A model generated the notes under the pieces. It saw nothing but the letters and a program-made list of their open reading frames with translations. It was not told the origin of the DNA and did no database searches. The position numbers and the translations under genes were made by a program. Positions 19,694-29,951 of a DNA stretch of 64,000 nt are shown here, piece after piece; within the stretch, counting starts at the first letter, position 1, and the number at the start of each line of letters is the position of its first letter. Source of the stretch: Methylococcaceae bacterium UBA7658 (GTDB taxonomy: Bacteria > Pseudomonadota > Gammaproteobacteria > Methylococcales > Methylomonadaceae); assembly GCA_002483425.1 (NCBI GenBank), contig DLHW01000071.1, positions 29,163 through 93,162 on the forward strand, in the 5' to 3' direction.

Positions 19694-20167
19694 CTAAATT
19701 CTGTCTTTGGAGGTCAAGCAACGCCCTTCCGCACACTTGCGACTAAGCCTTTCTGCTTTCCTTGCCGCATATTTACCCCACAGTCCAAACAATTCAGGCA
19801 AGCCGATTTTCGACAAAATATAACGATGGTCGGCAACCCAGGGATAAAATTTTTCCGCCCAAGGCCGGGTCAGGCGGCTTCCCCATAGATTGGCGAGGAA
19901 AGGTATGCCTATCGTTTGGTATATCACTTCAAATGCGGTCACGCCAATTAACCAATGACCGTCGGCATCCCTGGCGTGTAAGCGGTTCATCATGTGTTTA
20001 CGAGTAATTCCCAACTCATGAAATTCAGTATCGTCGAATTCCGGCGCGGAGCAATCAATGAGCACCAGTTGATCCTTCGTGTCATGCACTTTGATGTTTT
20101 GCATTTCACTGTTACATAAGCGGCAGGAGGCATCGAAATAGATAGTCAAAGGGAAGGTTGTAGTCAT
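19694..20167 (-). CDS. Thiol-disulfide oxidoreductase DCC-family protein (DUF393)
   Basis: 157 aa. N-terminal YFDASCRLCNSEM (the DxxCxxC motif of the DCC family). GGAGA SD. Confidence 0.8.
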   Translation of the reverse strand: MTTTFPLTIYFDASCRLCNSEMQNIKVHDTKDQLVLIDCSAPEFDDTEFHELGITRKHMMNRLHARDADGHWLIGVTAFEVIYQTIGIPFLANLWGSRLTRPWAEKFYPWVADHRYILSKIGLPELFGLWGKYAARKAERLSRKCAEGRCLTSKDRI

Positions 20168-20259
20168 AGTATCTCCAGTATTTTCAGTTATTTCTGTCTT
20201 AACAGAAATATAAGGGTAAAAAAAACGCCGTCAACTTTTTAAAGGAAACTCTAAATAAG

Positions 20260-20395
20260 TCCTTCGACGACCGAAGGAAGTGCCTGTGGAGCAAACTCAG
20301 GACGAACGGTTAATAGTTGATTTCGTTCGTACCCAAAGGGCATAAATGGTGAGCTTGTCTAACTCTCTCCTGAGTGAAGCCGAAGGGCATGAATG
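20260..20395. repeat. Cluster of short hairpin repeat motifs (REP/MITE-like) in the sdhB-DCC intergenic region
   Basis: Hairpin TCCTTCG-ACGAC-CGAAGGA at 20260-20278. Core TCAGGACGAACGG-N8-TGATTTCGTTCGT-N17-GGTGAGCTTGTCTAAC at 20297-20363, shared with 44708-44757. Direct motif AAGGGCAT(A/G)AATG occurs twice. Confidence 0.75.
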
Positions 20396-20429
20396 AAATC
20401 AACTTTTTCAGAGATTGCTTAAGCTTATT

Positions 20430-21212
20430 TTATTTATCCTTTCGATTAACCAAAAGTTTTTTGGTTTCTGCGATCGCTTTGGCGGGATTCAACCCTTTAG
20501 GACAGGTATCGGTACAATTCATGATGGTATGGCAACGATACAGTTTGAATGCATCGTCAAGCTGGTCAAGCCGTTCTTCGGTAGTTTCGTCGCGGCTGTC
20601 GACCAGCCAGCGATATGCCTGAAGCAGCACTGCTGGACCTAAATATTTATCGCTATTCCACCAATAGCTTGGACAGCTGGTCGAACAACAGGCGCACAAG
20701 ACGCAATCATACAAACCGTCAAGCTTGTCGCGTTCGGCTTTGCTTTGCAAACGTTCTTTTTCCGGCGGCGTTGAGTTATTGGCCAACCAGGGTTTGATTT
20801 CTGCATACTGTTCATAAAAATGGGTCATATCCGGTACGAGATCCTTAACTACATCTAAATGCGGCAAAGGATATATTTTGATAGTGCCGGAATATTCGCT
20901 TATCGCTTTAGTGCAAACGAGCGTATTTCTGCCATTTACATTCATCGCGCAAGATCCGCAGACGCCTTCGCGGCAGGACCGCCTGAACGTCAACGTACTG
21001 TCTACTTCATTTTTGATATAGATAATGGCGTCCAAAACCTTGGTGCCGCAAGCATCGGCATCCAGCTCATAGACATCGATTCGAGGATTTTCTCCCGTTT
21101 CGGGATCCCATCGATAAACTTCAAAACGTCGAATATTTTTTGTTCCGCTTGGCGCTTTGTATGTTTTGCCCTTGGTCAATACGGAGTTTTTAGGCAGGGT
21201 GAATTCGGCCAT
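20430..21212 (-). CDS. sdhB: Succinate dehydrogenase iron-sulfur subunit
   Basis: 260 aa. Three Fe-S cluster motifs ([38 protein letters not shown]). ATGA overlap with sdhA. Confidence 0.97.
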   Translation of the reverse strand: MAEFTLPKNSVLTKGKTYKAPSGTKNIRRFEVYRWDPETGENPRIDVYELDADACGTKVLDAIIYIKNEVDSTLTFRRSCREGVCGSCAMNVNGRNTLVCTKAISEYSGTIKIYPLPHLDVVKDLVPDMTHFYEQYAEIKPWLANNSTPPEKERLQSKAERDKLDGLYDCVLCACCSTSCPSYWWNSDKYLGPAVLLQAYRWLVDSRDETTEERLDQLDDAFKLYRCHTIMNCTDTCPKGLNPAKAIAETKKLLVNRKDK

Positions 21213-22996
21213 CAGTAAACCCTCTCTTTAGGCATGACCACCTCTACGTCTTTCGTTAGCGTGTATAAATGTACAGGGCGATAACCGAATTTGACTTTGT
21301 CATTCGTTAACCAGGTCAGGGTATGTTTCATCCAATTTTCATCATCCCTTAATGGGAAGTCTTCCCGAGCATGGCCTCCACGGCTTTCCTGACGGTTGCT
21401 GGCCGCTGAAATCGACACCATCGCTTGGCTCAATAGATTATCCAATTCCAGGGTTTCTACCAAATCGGTATTCCATATCAACGAACGGTCCGTCACTTTG
21501 ACATCATCCATCGATTTCAAAATTGTTTTCATTGAGGCAATGCCTTCGTCCATAATTTTTTGAGTACGAAATACGGCAGCTTTACTTTGCATGGTCTTTT
21601 GCATGTTCAACCTAATTTCCGCTGTCGGTGTTGGACCGCTGGCGTTCCGGAATTTGTCGAATCGGGCAAGCGCCTTATCGCAAGCCGTTTTAGGCAGATC
21701 TTTATGTTTTGATCCAGGTGTAACAATTTCGGCGCAACGGATGGCTGCGGAACGACCGAATACAATCAAATCAAGCAAGGAATTCGAACCCAAGCGGTTT
21801 GCGCCATGCACGGAGACACAGGCTGCTTCGCCGATAGACATCAATCCGGGTACAACCTTATCCGGATTTCCGCCTTCAAGGGTTACCACTTCTGCCTTGT
21901 AGTTGGTCGGAATGCCACCCATGTTGTAATGCACGGTAGGCAGCACAGGAATCGGCTCTTTGGTAACATCAACACCGGCAAAGATTTTCGACGTCTCGGC
22001 AATGCCCGGTAAGCGTTCGTGAATCACCGCCGGATCAAGGTGTTCTATATGCAGGTGGACGTAGTCTTTATGCTCGCCCAGTCCGCGGCCTTCGTTGATT
22101 TCAATTTGAATAGCTCGGCTTACCACATCACGTGAAGCCAGATCTTTCGCATGCGGCGCATAACGCGCCATGAATTTTTCACCTTCAGAGTTGGTCAGGT
22201 AGCCGCCCTCACCCCTTGCACCTTCAGTGATTAAACAGCCTGAACCGTAAATACCGGTAGGATGGAATTGAATAAACTCCATATCCTGCAAAGGCAATCC
22301 CGCCCGTAATATCATCGCACTGCCATCGCCCGTTACAGTATGCGCCGATGTGCAAGAAAAATAAGTACGACCATACCCGCCTGTTGCCAAGACCGTCATG
22401 TGCGCTTTGAATAAGTGCAGTGTTCCGTCGTCCAAACACCATGCCAGTACGCCACGGCATTCGCCGTCCACCATAATCAAATCCAGAACAATATATTCAA
22501 TAAAGAATAAAGCATTGTGCTTTATCGATTGCTGATACAGGGTATGCAAAATCGCATGACCGGTTTTATCAGCGGCTGCACAAGTTCGCTGCGCTTGACC
22601 TTTACCGTAATGCGTGGTCATCCCGCCGAAAGCGCGTTGATAAATCCTGCCGTCCTCAGTCCTTGAAAAAGGTACGCCGTAATGCTCCAGTTCGATAATC
22701 GCAGGAATCGCTTCACGGCACATATACTCGATGGCATCCTGATCGCCCAACCAATCTGACCCTTTAACGGTATCGTACATGTGGAAGCGCCAATCGTCTT
22801 CGCCCATATTGCCGAGTGCCGCGCTGATGCCGCCTTGTGCGGCAACGGTATGGCTCCGGGTGGGAAAAACCTTGGTGAGACAGGCTGTTTTTAATCCTTT
22901 TTCCGCCATACCGAGCGTAGCCCTTAATCCCGCGCCACCTGCGCCGACTACGACGACATCGTATTCGTGTTCGGTAATGTTATAAGTTCCAGTCAT
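21212..22996 (-). CDS. sdhA: Succinate dehydrogenase flavoprotein subunit
   Basis: 594 aa. FAD motif [13 protein letters not shown], covalent-FAD histidine context [11 protein letters not shown], and HPTG/ EGxRGEGG motifs. Confidence 0.97.
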   Translation of the reverse strand: MTGTYNITEHEYDVVVVGAGGAGLRATLGMAEKGLKTACLTKVFPTRSHTVAAQGGISAALGNMGEDDWRFHMYDTVKGSDWLGDQDAIEYMCREAIPAIIELEHYGVPFSRTEDGRIYQRAFGGMTTHYGKGQAQRTCAAADKTGHAILHTLYQQSIKHNALFFIEYIVLDLIMVDGECRGVLAWCLDDGTLHLFKAHMTVLATGGYGRTYFSCTSAHTVTGDGSAMILRAGLPLQDMEFIQFHPTGIYGSGCLITEGARGEGGYLTNSEGEKFMARYAPHAKDLASRDVVSRAIQIEINEGRGLGEHKDYVHLHIEHLDPAVIHERLPGIAETSKIFAGVDVTKEPIPVLPTVHYNMGGIPTNYKAEVVTLEGGNPDKVVPGLMSIGEAACVSVHGANRLGSNSLLDLIVFGRSAAIRCAEIVTPGSKHKDLPKTACDKALARFDKFRNASGPTPTAEIRLNMQKTMQSKAAVFRTQKIMDEGIASMKTILKSMDDVKVTDRSLIWNTDLVETLELDNLLSQAMVSISAASNRQESRGGHAREDFPLRDDENWMKHTLTWLTNDKVKFGYRPVHLYTLTKDVEVVMPKERVY

Positions 22997-23029
22997 GAGT
23001 TTTCCCTTAAACCTGTTCCGCGTTAAGTG

Positions 23030-23404
23030 TTATAGGCTGCGAAACATAAAAACGAGCGTCGTAGCCGCCAAAATAAGGAAACTCAAATTAATTGCCTTGA
23101 TTAATAAACTTTGCAGGCTGCTGTTCCCTACATAGTCTTCGATAACGACCTGCAAACCGAGCGCCGCATGGTAAAAAACAGCGAGCAGCCAGACCAGTAT
23201 CCAGACTAAATTACTCGTTGAAGCCAACCACGCTTTGGTTTCTTCATAAGGCGCATTCAAGCAATAATCTAAAAAAACGATGAATTTGAAAGATAGCGGA
23301 ATCAAAATAACCGCGGTAATGCGCTGCATTAGCCAATGCGGTGTTGCCGATTTAACCATTGTGTTACCCAGTGCAGACAAATTGTGTTGCTTGCTGTTAG
23401 CCAT
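23030..23404 (-). CDS. sdhD: Succinate dehydrogenase hydrophobic membrane anchor subunit
   Basis: Start taken at the ATG overlapping the sdhC stop (TAATG). 124 aa with three TM helices. Position between sdhC and sdhA. Confidence 0.85.
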   Translation of the reverse strand: MANSKQHNLSALGNTMVKSATPHWLMQRITAVILIPLSFKFIVFLDYCLNAPYEETKAWLASTSNLVWILVWLLAVFYHAALGLQVVIEDYVGNSSLQSLLIKAINLSFLILAATTLVFMFRSL

Positions 23405-23790
23405 TAAAGGAACATCCCTACGCCGATTGTCAACGCTAACGCCCAAAGCATTTCGAACAACGCGTATAGGGTCAATTTATCGTATTCGAACCCTTCGCCG
23501 ATATCCCAGTATAAATGGCGAACGCCGTGGCATAAATGAAAAAAAAGTGCGTAAATAAAACCCCAATAGATTGCTTTAACCAACCAGAAGTGGGCGATAT
23601 TTTGCATGGCGGCATAACTGACAGCGCCTTTCGATAGCGAATAAAACAGGGCGGCAACCAAGATTAAACCGGCTGAAAGTAAAACGCCGGTAATGCGGTG
23701 AGTAATGGAAATAAGGCCGGTAAGCGGCAGTTTGTAGATTTGGAGATGGGGCGATGTGGGTCTGGAATGCTTACTGGTCATAGGTTCCAC
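23404..23790 (-). CDS. sdhC: Succinate dehydrogenase cytochrome b556 subunit
   Basis: 128 aa. RPTSPHLQIYK...ISITHRITG signature. First gene of sdhCDAB. Confidence 0.9.
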   Translation of the reverse strand: MEPMTSKHSRPTSPHLQIYKLPLTGLISITHRITGVLLSAGLILVAALFYSLSKGAVSYAAMQNIAHFWLVKAIYWGFIYALFFHLCHGVRHLYWDIGEGFEYDKLTLYALFEMLWALALTIGVGMFL

Positions 23791-24131
23791 AAATTTGAAT
23801 TAGACGGCGGATACTTCATTCCTGATTTAACAAGTAACGGCGTTTTTTGGCCCTTTTCGTCGCTTAGTATTTGATTAATATAAAGGTAAAGGCTGAGACC
23901 AAGCCACATACCGACATCCTTTTTCATTTCAAGTACCAACATGCGCATTTTTAAGATTAAAGCCTAAAGCTTGATAACTTGAATTAAACAAACTATTTCT
24001 TTTCAAATGTGAGTATAACAACTAATACAATTTTTGAACAATCCAGTCTTTAGGAACTAATGAGTTTATTGATAGCAGCGACTAAGCCAATAATTTCTTA
24101 TAAAGAAACTATAAATCAATAATAGGCATTA

Positions 24132-24160
24132 TTGTTAACATAATATCATCTAACTATAAT
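24132..24160 (+). promoter_or_regulatory. Candidate sigma70 promoter (TTGTTA-17 nt-TATAAT)
   Basis: -35 TTGTTA at 24132-24137, an exact 17-nt spacer, and a consensus -10 TATAAT at 24155-24160. The background is AT-rich, so a chance match is possible. Confidence 0.35.
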
Positions 24161-24388
24161 AACCTCACGTTGTTTTTATTTTGTTTTTACCTCCTAAAGC
24201 AATCACTTAATATAAACGATTTTAAGGAAATTTTTAAAAGCATAGCAGCCTTGTTAAGGCAAGTTGTTTTAGATTTCCAGGTGTTGTTGTGTTTCCAATC
24301 CCATTTCAGGAATCACAAGGTTTGGCAACATAAGTCCGTCCAATTTGTACCCCTCAAGCATGTAATCCTCCTGATGTTTGATCTGCCC

Positions 24389-24425
24389 CTCCCGGCGCTA
24401 TTTTAGCCTTAGCCGGGAGTTTTTT
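24389..24425 (+). terminator. Orphan plus-strand rho-independent terminator
   Basis: CTCCCGGC (24389-24396) / GCCGGGAG (24412-24419) stem with an inner GCTA/TAGC pairing, followed by TTTTTT. There is no T-run in the minus orientation. Confidence 0.6.
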
Positions 24426-24492
24426 AACGGCTGATTGATATTCTTGCTTAAATTAACCGGCAAAGCACTGGATTTAATTGATTTCGGTTAGT

Positions 24493-25083
24493 CTAAGTCG
24501 AAAAGATATCGGTCTTATCATTCGTATCCTGGCGCACTAAATTTGATGCAAAGGAAGCAAAGGCTACAAAGCGGCCATCGGAACTGATATCGACTGAATG
24601 GCTATATCGATCAGCTTGCTTACCGTCCGGGGCAACGCTAATCCGGGTAGTTTGCCGGGTTAGGCGGTCGTACAGAAAAACATCGGTTTCTTTATTGGTA
24701 TCCCCAGCCCCTGGCGCTAGGTTAGAAGCAAGGGAAAGGTAAGTAATAAAACGGCCGTCGGCAGAAATTTTTGAATAATAGCTGTGGCCGTCACCCTGCT
24801 CCCCGTCCGCACCAACACTGACTCTGGAAGTTTTTTTAGTTAACCGGTCATGCAAAAATATGTCGGCAGAATTGTTTGTATCGTTTAACACCAAGTTTGT
24901 GGCATAGGAAGTAAGCGTTACAAACCTCGTATTGGCGCTCATCGATGTGCCGTAGGAATAATCGTTCGGATCTCCGCCGGTCGAACTGACGGTTATTTTG
25001 GTTAACTCGTACGCATTAACGGTGTTTGACAAAACACCGTCTAATAAAAAAATGTAAATCATTAATAAAATTACTTTTTTCAT
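24493..25083 (-). CDS. Secreted PD40/TolB-like beta-propeller repeat protein, probably 3'-truncated
   Basis: 196 aa. Signal peptide. Three ~48-aa repeats (S.DGRF..(F/L).S.A.NL...DTN...D(I/V)FL(Y/H)DRLT..T.R(I/V)SV). The last repeat stops at DIFST*, right inside the conserved DxFLYDR motif. Confidence 0.65.
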   Translation of the reverse strand: MKKVILLMIYIFLLDGVLSNTVNAYELTKITVSSTGGDPNDYSYGTSMSANTRFVTLTSYATNLVLNDTNNSADIFLHDRLTKKTSRVSVGADGEQGDGHSYYSKISADGRFITYLSLASNLAPGAGDTNKETDVFLYDRLTRQTTRISVAPDGKQADRYSHSVDISSDGRFVAFASFASNLVRQDTNDKTDIFST

Positions 25084-25299
25084 ATTAATCTCCGCAAAGT
25101 TATATCACCGGAAAGCGCTAGCTTTACGGCTGCTAAAACCCCCAGTAAGGGTCATTCTTACCTAACCGCCCCATTATTACGGGGATCATCATCTTCCAAT
25201 GGTTTTTTTTATTTGGCGAGTGCTCCTGCTTTAGCCTTTAAAATCCTGCCGTCGAAACCCAGCCCCATCCCCATTGCTTTGCGCCTTGCAGGTATTCCA

Positions 25300-25419
25300 C
25301 TATCTAACCAGATCTGTTGGCAGGCCCGTCAAGACGGTTGCGTAAACTGAACAACCGAAGAATAAGCCTAACGTAAAAAGAATAGCGCCAACTAATTGAC
25401 TGTTTTGAAGATTGAACAT
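25300..25419 (-). CDS. Possible 39-aa hydrophobic peptide
   Basis: ATG preceded by AGGAGA with 5-nt spacing. MFNLQNSQLVGAILFTLGLFFGCSVYATVLTGLPTDLVR has one TM-like segment. No other support. Confidence 0.25.
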   Translation of the reverse strand: MFNLQNSQLVGAILFTLGLFFGCSVYATVLTGLPTDLVR

Positions 25420-25926
25420 GCCGTCTCCTAAGGCGAAGCATCAAAGAATGTTAAACAACATAACCGCAACGAAATTCTGTTTTAAAAAACGTGTGATTTA
25501 GCTGTAAAACGAGCGCAAAGCGTAAAAAAATGGCAGAAAACTAAACTTGCGTATTGAAGCCTACAACTAATCCTTAATAATGAATACAAATGAAATTTTC
25601 CTTTCTTGCCAAAAACTGCTTCCCCGCGGCTATCACACTCTGACTTTTTTAGATATGCGGTCATTTCATCGCATTTACGGCAAGTTTACATACTATCTGG
25701 CCCGAATATAAGCGGCAAATTAAGCTAGTGCGCTCAAACTAAAGGTACCGTTCGCAACAAACTTATAGAAATTTGTATATAATGTCGCACAAATTTGAAT
25801 CAGACATAAGATTGACAGCGATTGAGCTTTTTACCGCACTTTTGGTCTTTATTATTTTAAAGAACATCCCTTCTGCATCATTATCAAAATAATTAATAAA
25901 ATGAATGCCTTGCTACAGGAAAATAA

Positions 25927-28605
25927 ATGAACAATAGTTTTTTATCGGAAATTACGGGCCAGGAAGACATTGACCCGGCGGAAACACAGGAATGGATTGA
26001 TGCTCTGCAATCCGTGTTGGAACTTGAAGGTAGCGAACGGGCGCATTTTCTGATTGAACGGCTGGTCGCGGTGACCCGGCACCACGGTTTCGATATTCCT
26101 TTTAGCGCGAATACCGCTTACGTCAATACTATCCCGGTTGCACAACAAGCCCAGTATTCCGGCGACTTTGCTATCGAGCGCAAAATTTTAGCGTATGTCC
26201 GCTGGAACGCTATGATGATGGTATTGCGGGCAAATAAAAACACCAATGTCGGCGGACACATCGCCAGTTTCGCCTCGGCGGCTACCTTATACGACGTAGG
26301 TTATAACTATTTTTGGCGGGCAGCGTCGGAAAAGTTTGCCGGCGATTTAGTCTTTACCCAAGGTCATTCGGCGCCTGGCGATTATTCAAGGGCATTTTTG
26401 CTAGGCCGCTTAACCGAAGAACAGTTGAACAATTTCCGGCAAGAAGTCGGCGGTAACGGTTTATGTTCTTATCCGCATCCGTGGCTGATGCGCGAATTTT
26501 GGCAATTTCCGACCGTATCGATGGGACTCGGCCCGATCATGGCGATTTACCAGGCCCGTTTCATGCGCTACATGGAAGGTCGGGGCTTAGCGGACAATTC
26601 AGACCGCAAAGTCTGGGCTTTCCTGGGCGACGGGGAAACCGACGAGCCGGAATCGCTTGGCGCCATCGGCATGGCCGGACGGGAAAAACTGGATAACTTG
26701 ATCTTCGTCATCAACTGCAACCTGCAACGTTTAGACGGCCCGGTACGTGGCAACGGTAAAATCATTCAAGAACTGGAAAGCGAATTCCGCGGCGCTGGCT
26801 GGAATGTTATTAAAGTCATTTGGGGACAGCGTTGGGATGCTTTATTGGCGCGCGATAAAGACGGTTTGTTAATGGCCCGGATGCTCAATTGCGTGGATGG
26901 GGACTTCCAAGTCTTTAAGTCCAAAGACGGCGCTTATGTCCGCGAACACTTTTTTAATACACCGGAATTGAAGGCTATGGTGGCCGACTGGTCGGACCGC
27001 GACATTTGGGAACTTAACCGCGGCGGACATGATTCGGCGAAAGTTTATGCGGCTTTCCATGCAGCGGTTAATCACAAAGGTCAGCCGACGGTTATCTTAG
27101 CTAAAACCATTAAAGGTTACGGCATGGGATCCTCCGGAGAGGCGCAATATACTTCGCACCAGCAAAAGAAAATGAGCGAAGATTCGTTGCGCCATTTCCG
27201 CGACCGTTATGAACTACCGGTCAGCGACGCCGAAATCCAGAAGCTGCCTTATCTTACCTTTGCTGAAGATTCTAAAGAACTGAATTACATGCGTCAAAAG
27301 CGTTCTGCGTTAGGCGGTAATTTACCGGCTAGACGGACCCAATCTTACGCTTTGGACATACCGCCCTTAGCGGATTTTAAACCCTTGCTCGAGGCGAGCG
27401 GCGAAGGCCGGGAGATTTCGACCACCATGGCGTTCGTGCGGTTACTCAATATCCTGGCCAAGGACAACAATGTCGGCCGCCGCGTCGTGCCTATCGTGCC
27501 CGACGAGTCGAGAACTTTCGGCATGGAAGGTATGTTCAAACAATTAGGAATCTGGTCGCAAGTCGGCCAGTTATATACCCCGCAAGACGCCGGTCAATTG
27601 ATGTCGTATAAGGAAGACAAAAACGGCCAAGTCATTCAAGAAGGCATCAACGAAGCGGGCGGTTTATGCGACTGGATCGCTGCGGGCACGGCTTATTCCA
27701 CCAGTAACGTACCGATGATTCCTTTTTTTATTTACTATTCCATGTTCGGTTTCCAGCGTGTGGGGGATTTGATTTGGGCGGCCGCCGATCAACGCACCCG
27801 CGGCTTTTTGATGGGCGGCACGGCTGGACGAACCACGTTAAACGGCGAAGGTTTGCAACACGAAGACGGTCATAGCCATATAATGTCCGCCACCGTTCCG
27901 AATTGTATCTCTTACGATCCGACGTTCGCTTACGAATTGGCTGTTATTATCCATGACGGTATGCGCAGAATGTATGTGGAGCAAGAAGATGTCTTCTACT
28001 ACATCACCGTCATGAATGAAAACTACGGCCATCCTGCGATACCAGACGGCGCCGAAAGCGGCATATTAAAAGGGATGTATTGCTTTCGTAAAAGCGCGGC
28101 TAAATCGAAATTAAAAGTGCAATTATTAGGAGCTGGGGTTATTTTCCGGGAGGTTGAGTTCGCCGCCGTCCTGCTCAGTAACGATTGGGGCGTAGAATCG
28201 GACTTGTGGAGTTGTCCGAGCTTTACCGAACTTGCGCGTGAAGGCCAACTGTGCGAACGCTGGAATCGCTTACATCCCACCGAAACTCCGAAAATCCCGT
28301 ATGTCAATCAATGCTTGGATAAAGCAGAAGGACCCGTTATTGCCGCTAGCGATTATACCCGCGCCTTCGCCGATCAAATCCGGGCTTACATAAAAGCGCC
28401 CTACACAGTGTTAGGCGCTGACGGTTTCGGACGTTCGGATACGCGTGAAAACTTACGTCTTTTCTTTGAGGTGGACCGGTATCACGTAACTGTAGCGGCG
28501 CTGAAAAGCTTGGCTGATATAGGTAAAATAGATCACGCCCAAGTCGCGAAAGCCCTTAAAAAATACGCTATCAACACCGAGGCGAGCGCGCCTTGGTTAA
28601 TATAA
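25927..28605 (+). CDS. aceE: Pyruvate dehydrogenase E1 component (homodimeric type)
   Basis: 892 aa. Full-length similarity to AceE-type E1 (GGHIASFASAATLY, GDGETDEPESLGA, TTLNGEGLQHEDGHSH). Confidence 0.97.
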   Translation: MNNSFLSEITGQEDIDPAETQEWIDALQSVLELEGSERAHFLIERLVAVTRHHGFDIPFSANTAYVNTIPVAQQAQYSGDFAIERKILAYVRWNAMMMVLRANKNTNVGGHIASFASAATLYDVGYNYFWRAASEKFAGDLVFTQGHSAPGDYSRAFLLGRLTEEQLNNFRQEVGGNGLCSYPHPWLMREFWQFPTVSMGLGPIMAIYQARFMRYMEGRGLADNSDRKVWAFLGDGETDEPESLGAIGMAGREKLDNLIFVINCNLQRLDGPVRGNGKIIQELESEFRGAGWNVIKVIWGQRWDALLARDKDGLLMARMLNCVDGDFQVFKSKDGAYVREHFFNTPELKAMVADWSDRDIWELNRGGHDSAKVYAAFHAAVNHKGQPTVILAKTIKGYGMGSSGEAQYTSHQQKKMSEDSLRHFRDRYELPVSDAEIQKLPYLTFAEDSKELNYMRQKRSALGGNLPARRTQSYALDIPPLADFKPLLEASGEGREISTTMAFVRLLNILAKDNNVGRRVVPIVPDESRTFGMEGMFKQLGIWSQVGQLYTPQDAGQLMSYKEDKNGQVIQEGINEAGGLCDWIAAGTAYSTSNVPMIPFFIYYSMFGFQRVGDLIWAAADQRTRGFLMGGTAGRTTLNGEGLQHEDGHSHIMSATVPNCISYDPTFAYELAVIIHDGMRRMYVEQEDVFYYITVMNENYGHPAIPDGAESGILKGMYCFRKSAAKSKLKVQLLGAGVIFREVEFAAVLLSNDWGVESDLWSCPSFTELAREGQLCERWNRLHPTETPKIPYVNQCLDKAEGPVIAASDYTRAFADQIRAYIKAPYTVLGADGFGRSDTRENLRLFFEVDRYHVTVAALKSLADIGKIDHAQVAKALKKYAINTEASAPWLI

Positions 28606-28621
28606 GGTTAGGAAGAGATTC

Positions 28622-29932
28622 ATGTCCGAAGTCATTGAAATTAAAGTTCCCGATGTTGGCGGCGTCGCTAGCGTCGATGTTGTGGAAGTGCTGGTAAAAG
28701 CCGGCGACGTTATCGTAGAAGATCAGCCTATCGTCACACTGGAAACCGACAAAGCCAGCATGGAGCTTCCGGCAAGCACTGGCGGCACTGTCCAGCAAAT
28801 CCACATCAAGCCGGGCGATAAGGTTTCAGAAGGCTCGTTAGTTGCGACCTTATTGGTAAATGGAGCGGCGGCGACGGTAAAAGCCGAGGTATCGAAACCG
28901 AAACAGGTTGAAGCAACAGCAAGCGTTAAACGCGCCGAACTCCCCCTAACGCCACCCGTTATTTCTCCGCCCCAACCCGCAAAGTCACTTACCACGCCCG
29001 CAGCAACAACCGTAGCTCTCACCGGTACGGTCTCTGCTCATGCCTCACCTTCAGTCCGTTTGTTTGCCCGCGAACTTGGCGTTGACATTACCTTAGTAGG
29101 AGTGGGTTCGGGTACGAAAGGACGCATACTGAAAGAAGACGTTAAAGGCTTTGTCAAGAAAGCCTTAACCGAGGGCGCGGCTCACCAAGGTCAAGCAGGT
29201 ATTCCAGCCATTCCGGTCATCGATTTCTCTCAATTCGGCGCAACCGAAATTCAAAAACTGAGCAAAATAAAACGGTTAACCGGCCAGAATTTAAGCCGAG
29301 TTTGGCTCAATCTGCCGATGGTGACTTACCATGAAGAAGCGGACATTACCGACATGGAAGCTTTTCGCGTAGCGTTAAATACCGAAAAAGGTAAAGATGA
29401 AGTCAAAATTACCGGTTTAATGTTTATTATCAAAGCGTTAGTTGCCGCGCTCAAACAATTCCCCAGTTTCAATGCTGCATTATCGCCCGACGGCGAAAGC
29501 TTAATTCTAAAAAAATACACGAACATCGGAATTGCGGTCGATACGCCTAACGGCCTAGTCGTTCCTGTTTTGAGGGACGCCGATAAAAAAAGCATCAATC
29601 AGCTAGCGCTGGAACTTGCCGATAAAAGCGAAAAAGCCCGTCAAGGCAAACTAATGCCGGGCGATATGCAAGGCGGTTGCATGACCATCTCCAGCCTAGG
29701 CGGTATCGGCGGCACAGCATTTACTCCGATTGTTAACGCGCCTGAAGTCGCCATCTTAGGCGTCACCCGCGCAACAATGCAACCGGTTTGGAACGGTAAG
29801 GAATTTACGCCGCGACTGATGTTGCCCCTGGATTTAACTTACGATCACAGGGTAATCGACGGTGCGGAGGGCGCGAGGTTTATGGCGTCCATCAAACAAA
29901 ATTTAACCGATATCAGACGTTTGTTACTGTAA
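28622..29932 (+). CDS. aceF: Dihydrolipoyllysine-residue acetyltransferase (PDH E2), single lipoyl domain
   Basis: 436 aa. Lipoyl motif LETDKASMELPA, Ala/Pro linker, E3-binding domain (ASPSVRLFARELGVD), and catalytic DHRVIDGAEGARF. Confidence 0.95.
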   Translation: MSEVIEIKVPDVGGVASVDVVEVLVKAGDVIVEDQPIVTLETDKASMELPASTGGTVQQIHIKPGDKVSEGSLVATLLVNGAAATVKAEVSKPKQVEATASVKRAELPLTPPVISPPQPAKSLTTPAATTVALTGTVSAHASPSVRLFARELGVDITLVGVGSGTKGRILKEDVKGFVKKALTEGAAHQGQAGIPAIPVIDFSQFGATEIQKLSKIKRLTGQNLSRVWLNLPMVTYHEEADITDMEAFRVALNTEKGKDEVKITGLMFIIKALVAALKQFPSFNAALSPDGESLILKKYTNIGIAVDTPNGLVVPVLRDADKKSINQLALELADKSEKARQGKLMPGDMQGGCMTISSLGGIGGTAFTPIVNAPEVAILGVTRATMQPVWNGKEFTPRLMLPLDLTYDHRVIDGAEGARFMASIKQNLTDIRRLLL

Positions 29933-29951
29933 ATAAGGAGAACAATCTATC

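Noticed and set aside
24170-24406. 78-aa ORF between the candidate promoter and the orphan terminator.
   Set aside because: It has a TTG start with no SD, and its Leu/Phe-rich sequence is low-complexity and of AT-rich origin. I report the locus as a transcription-unit candidate rather than as a CDS.
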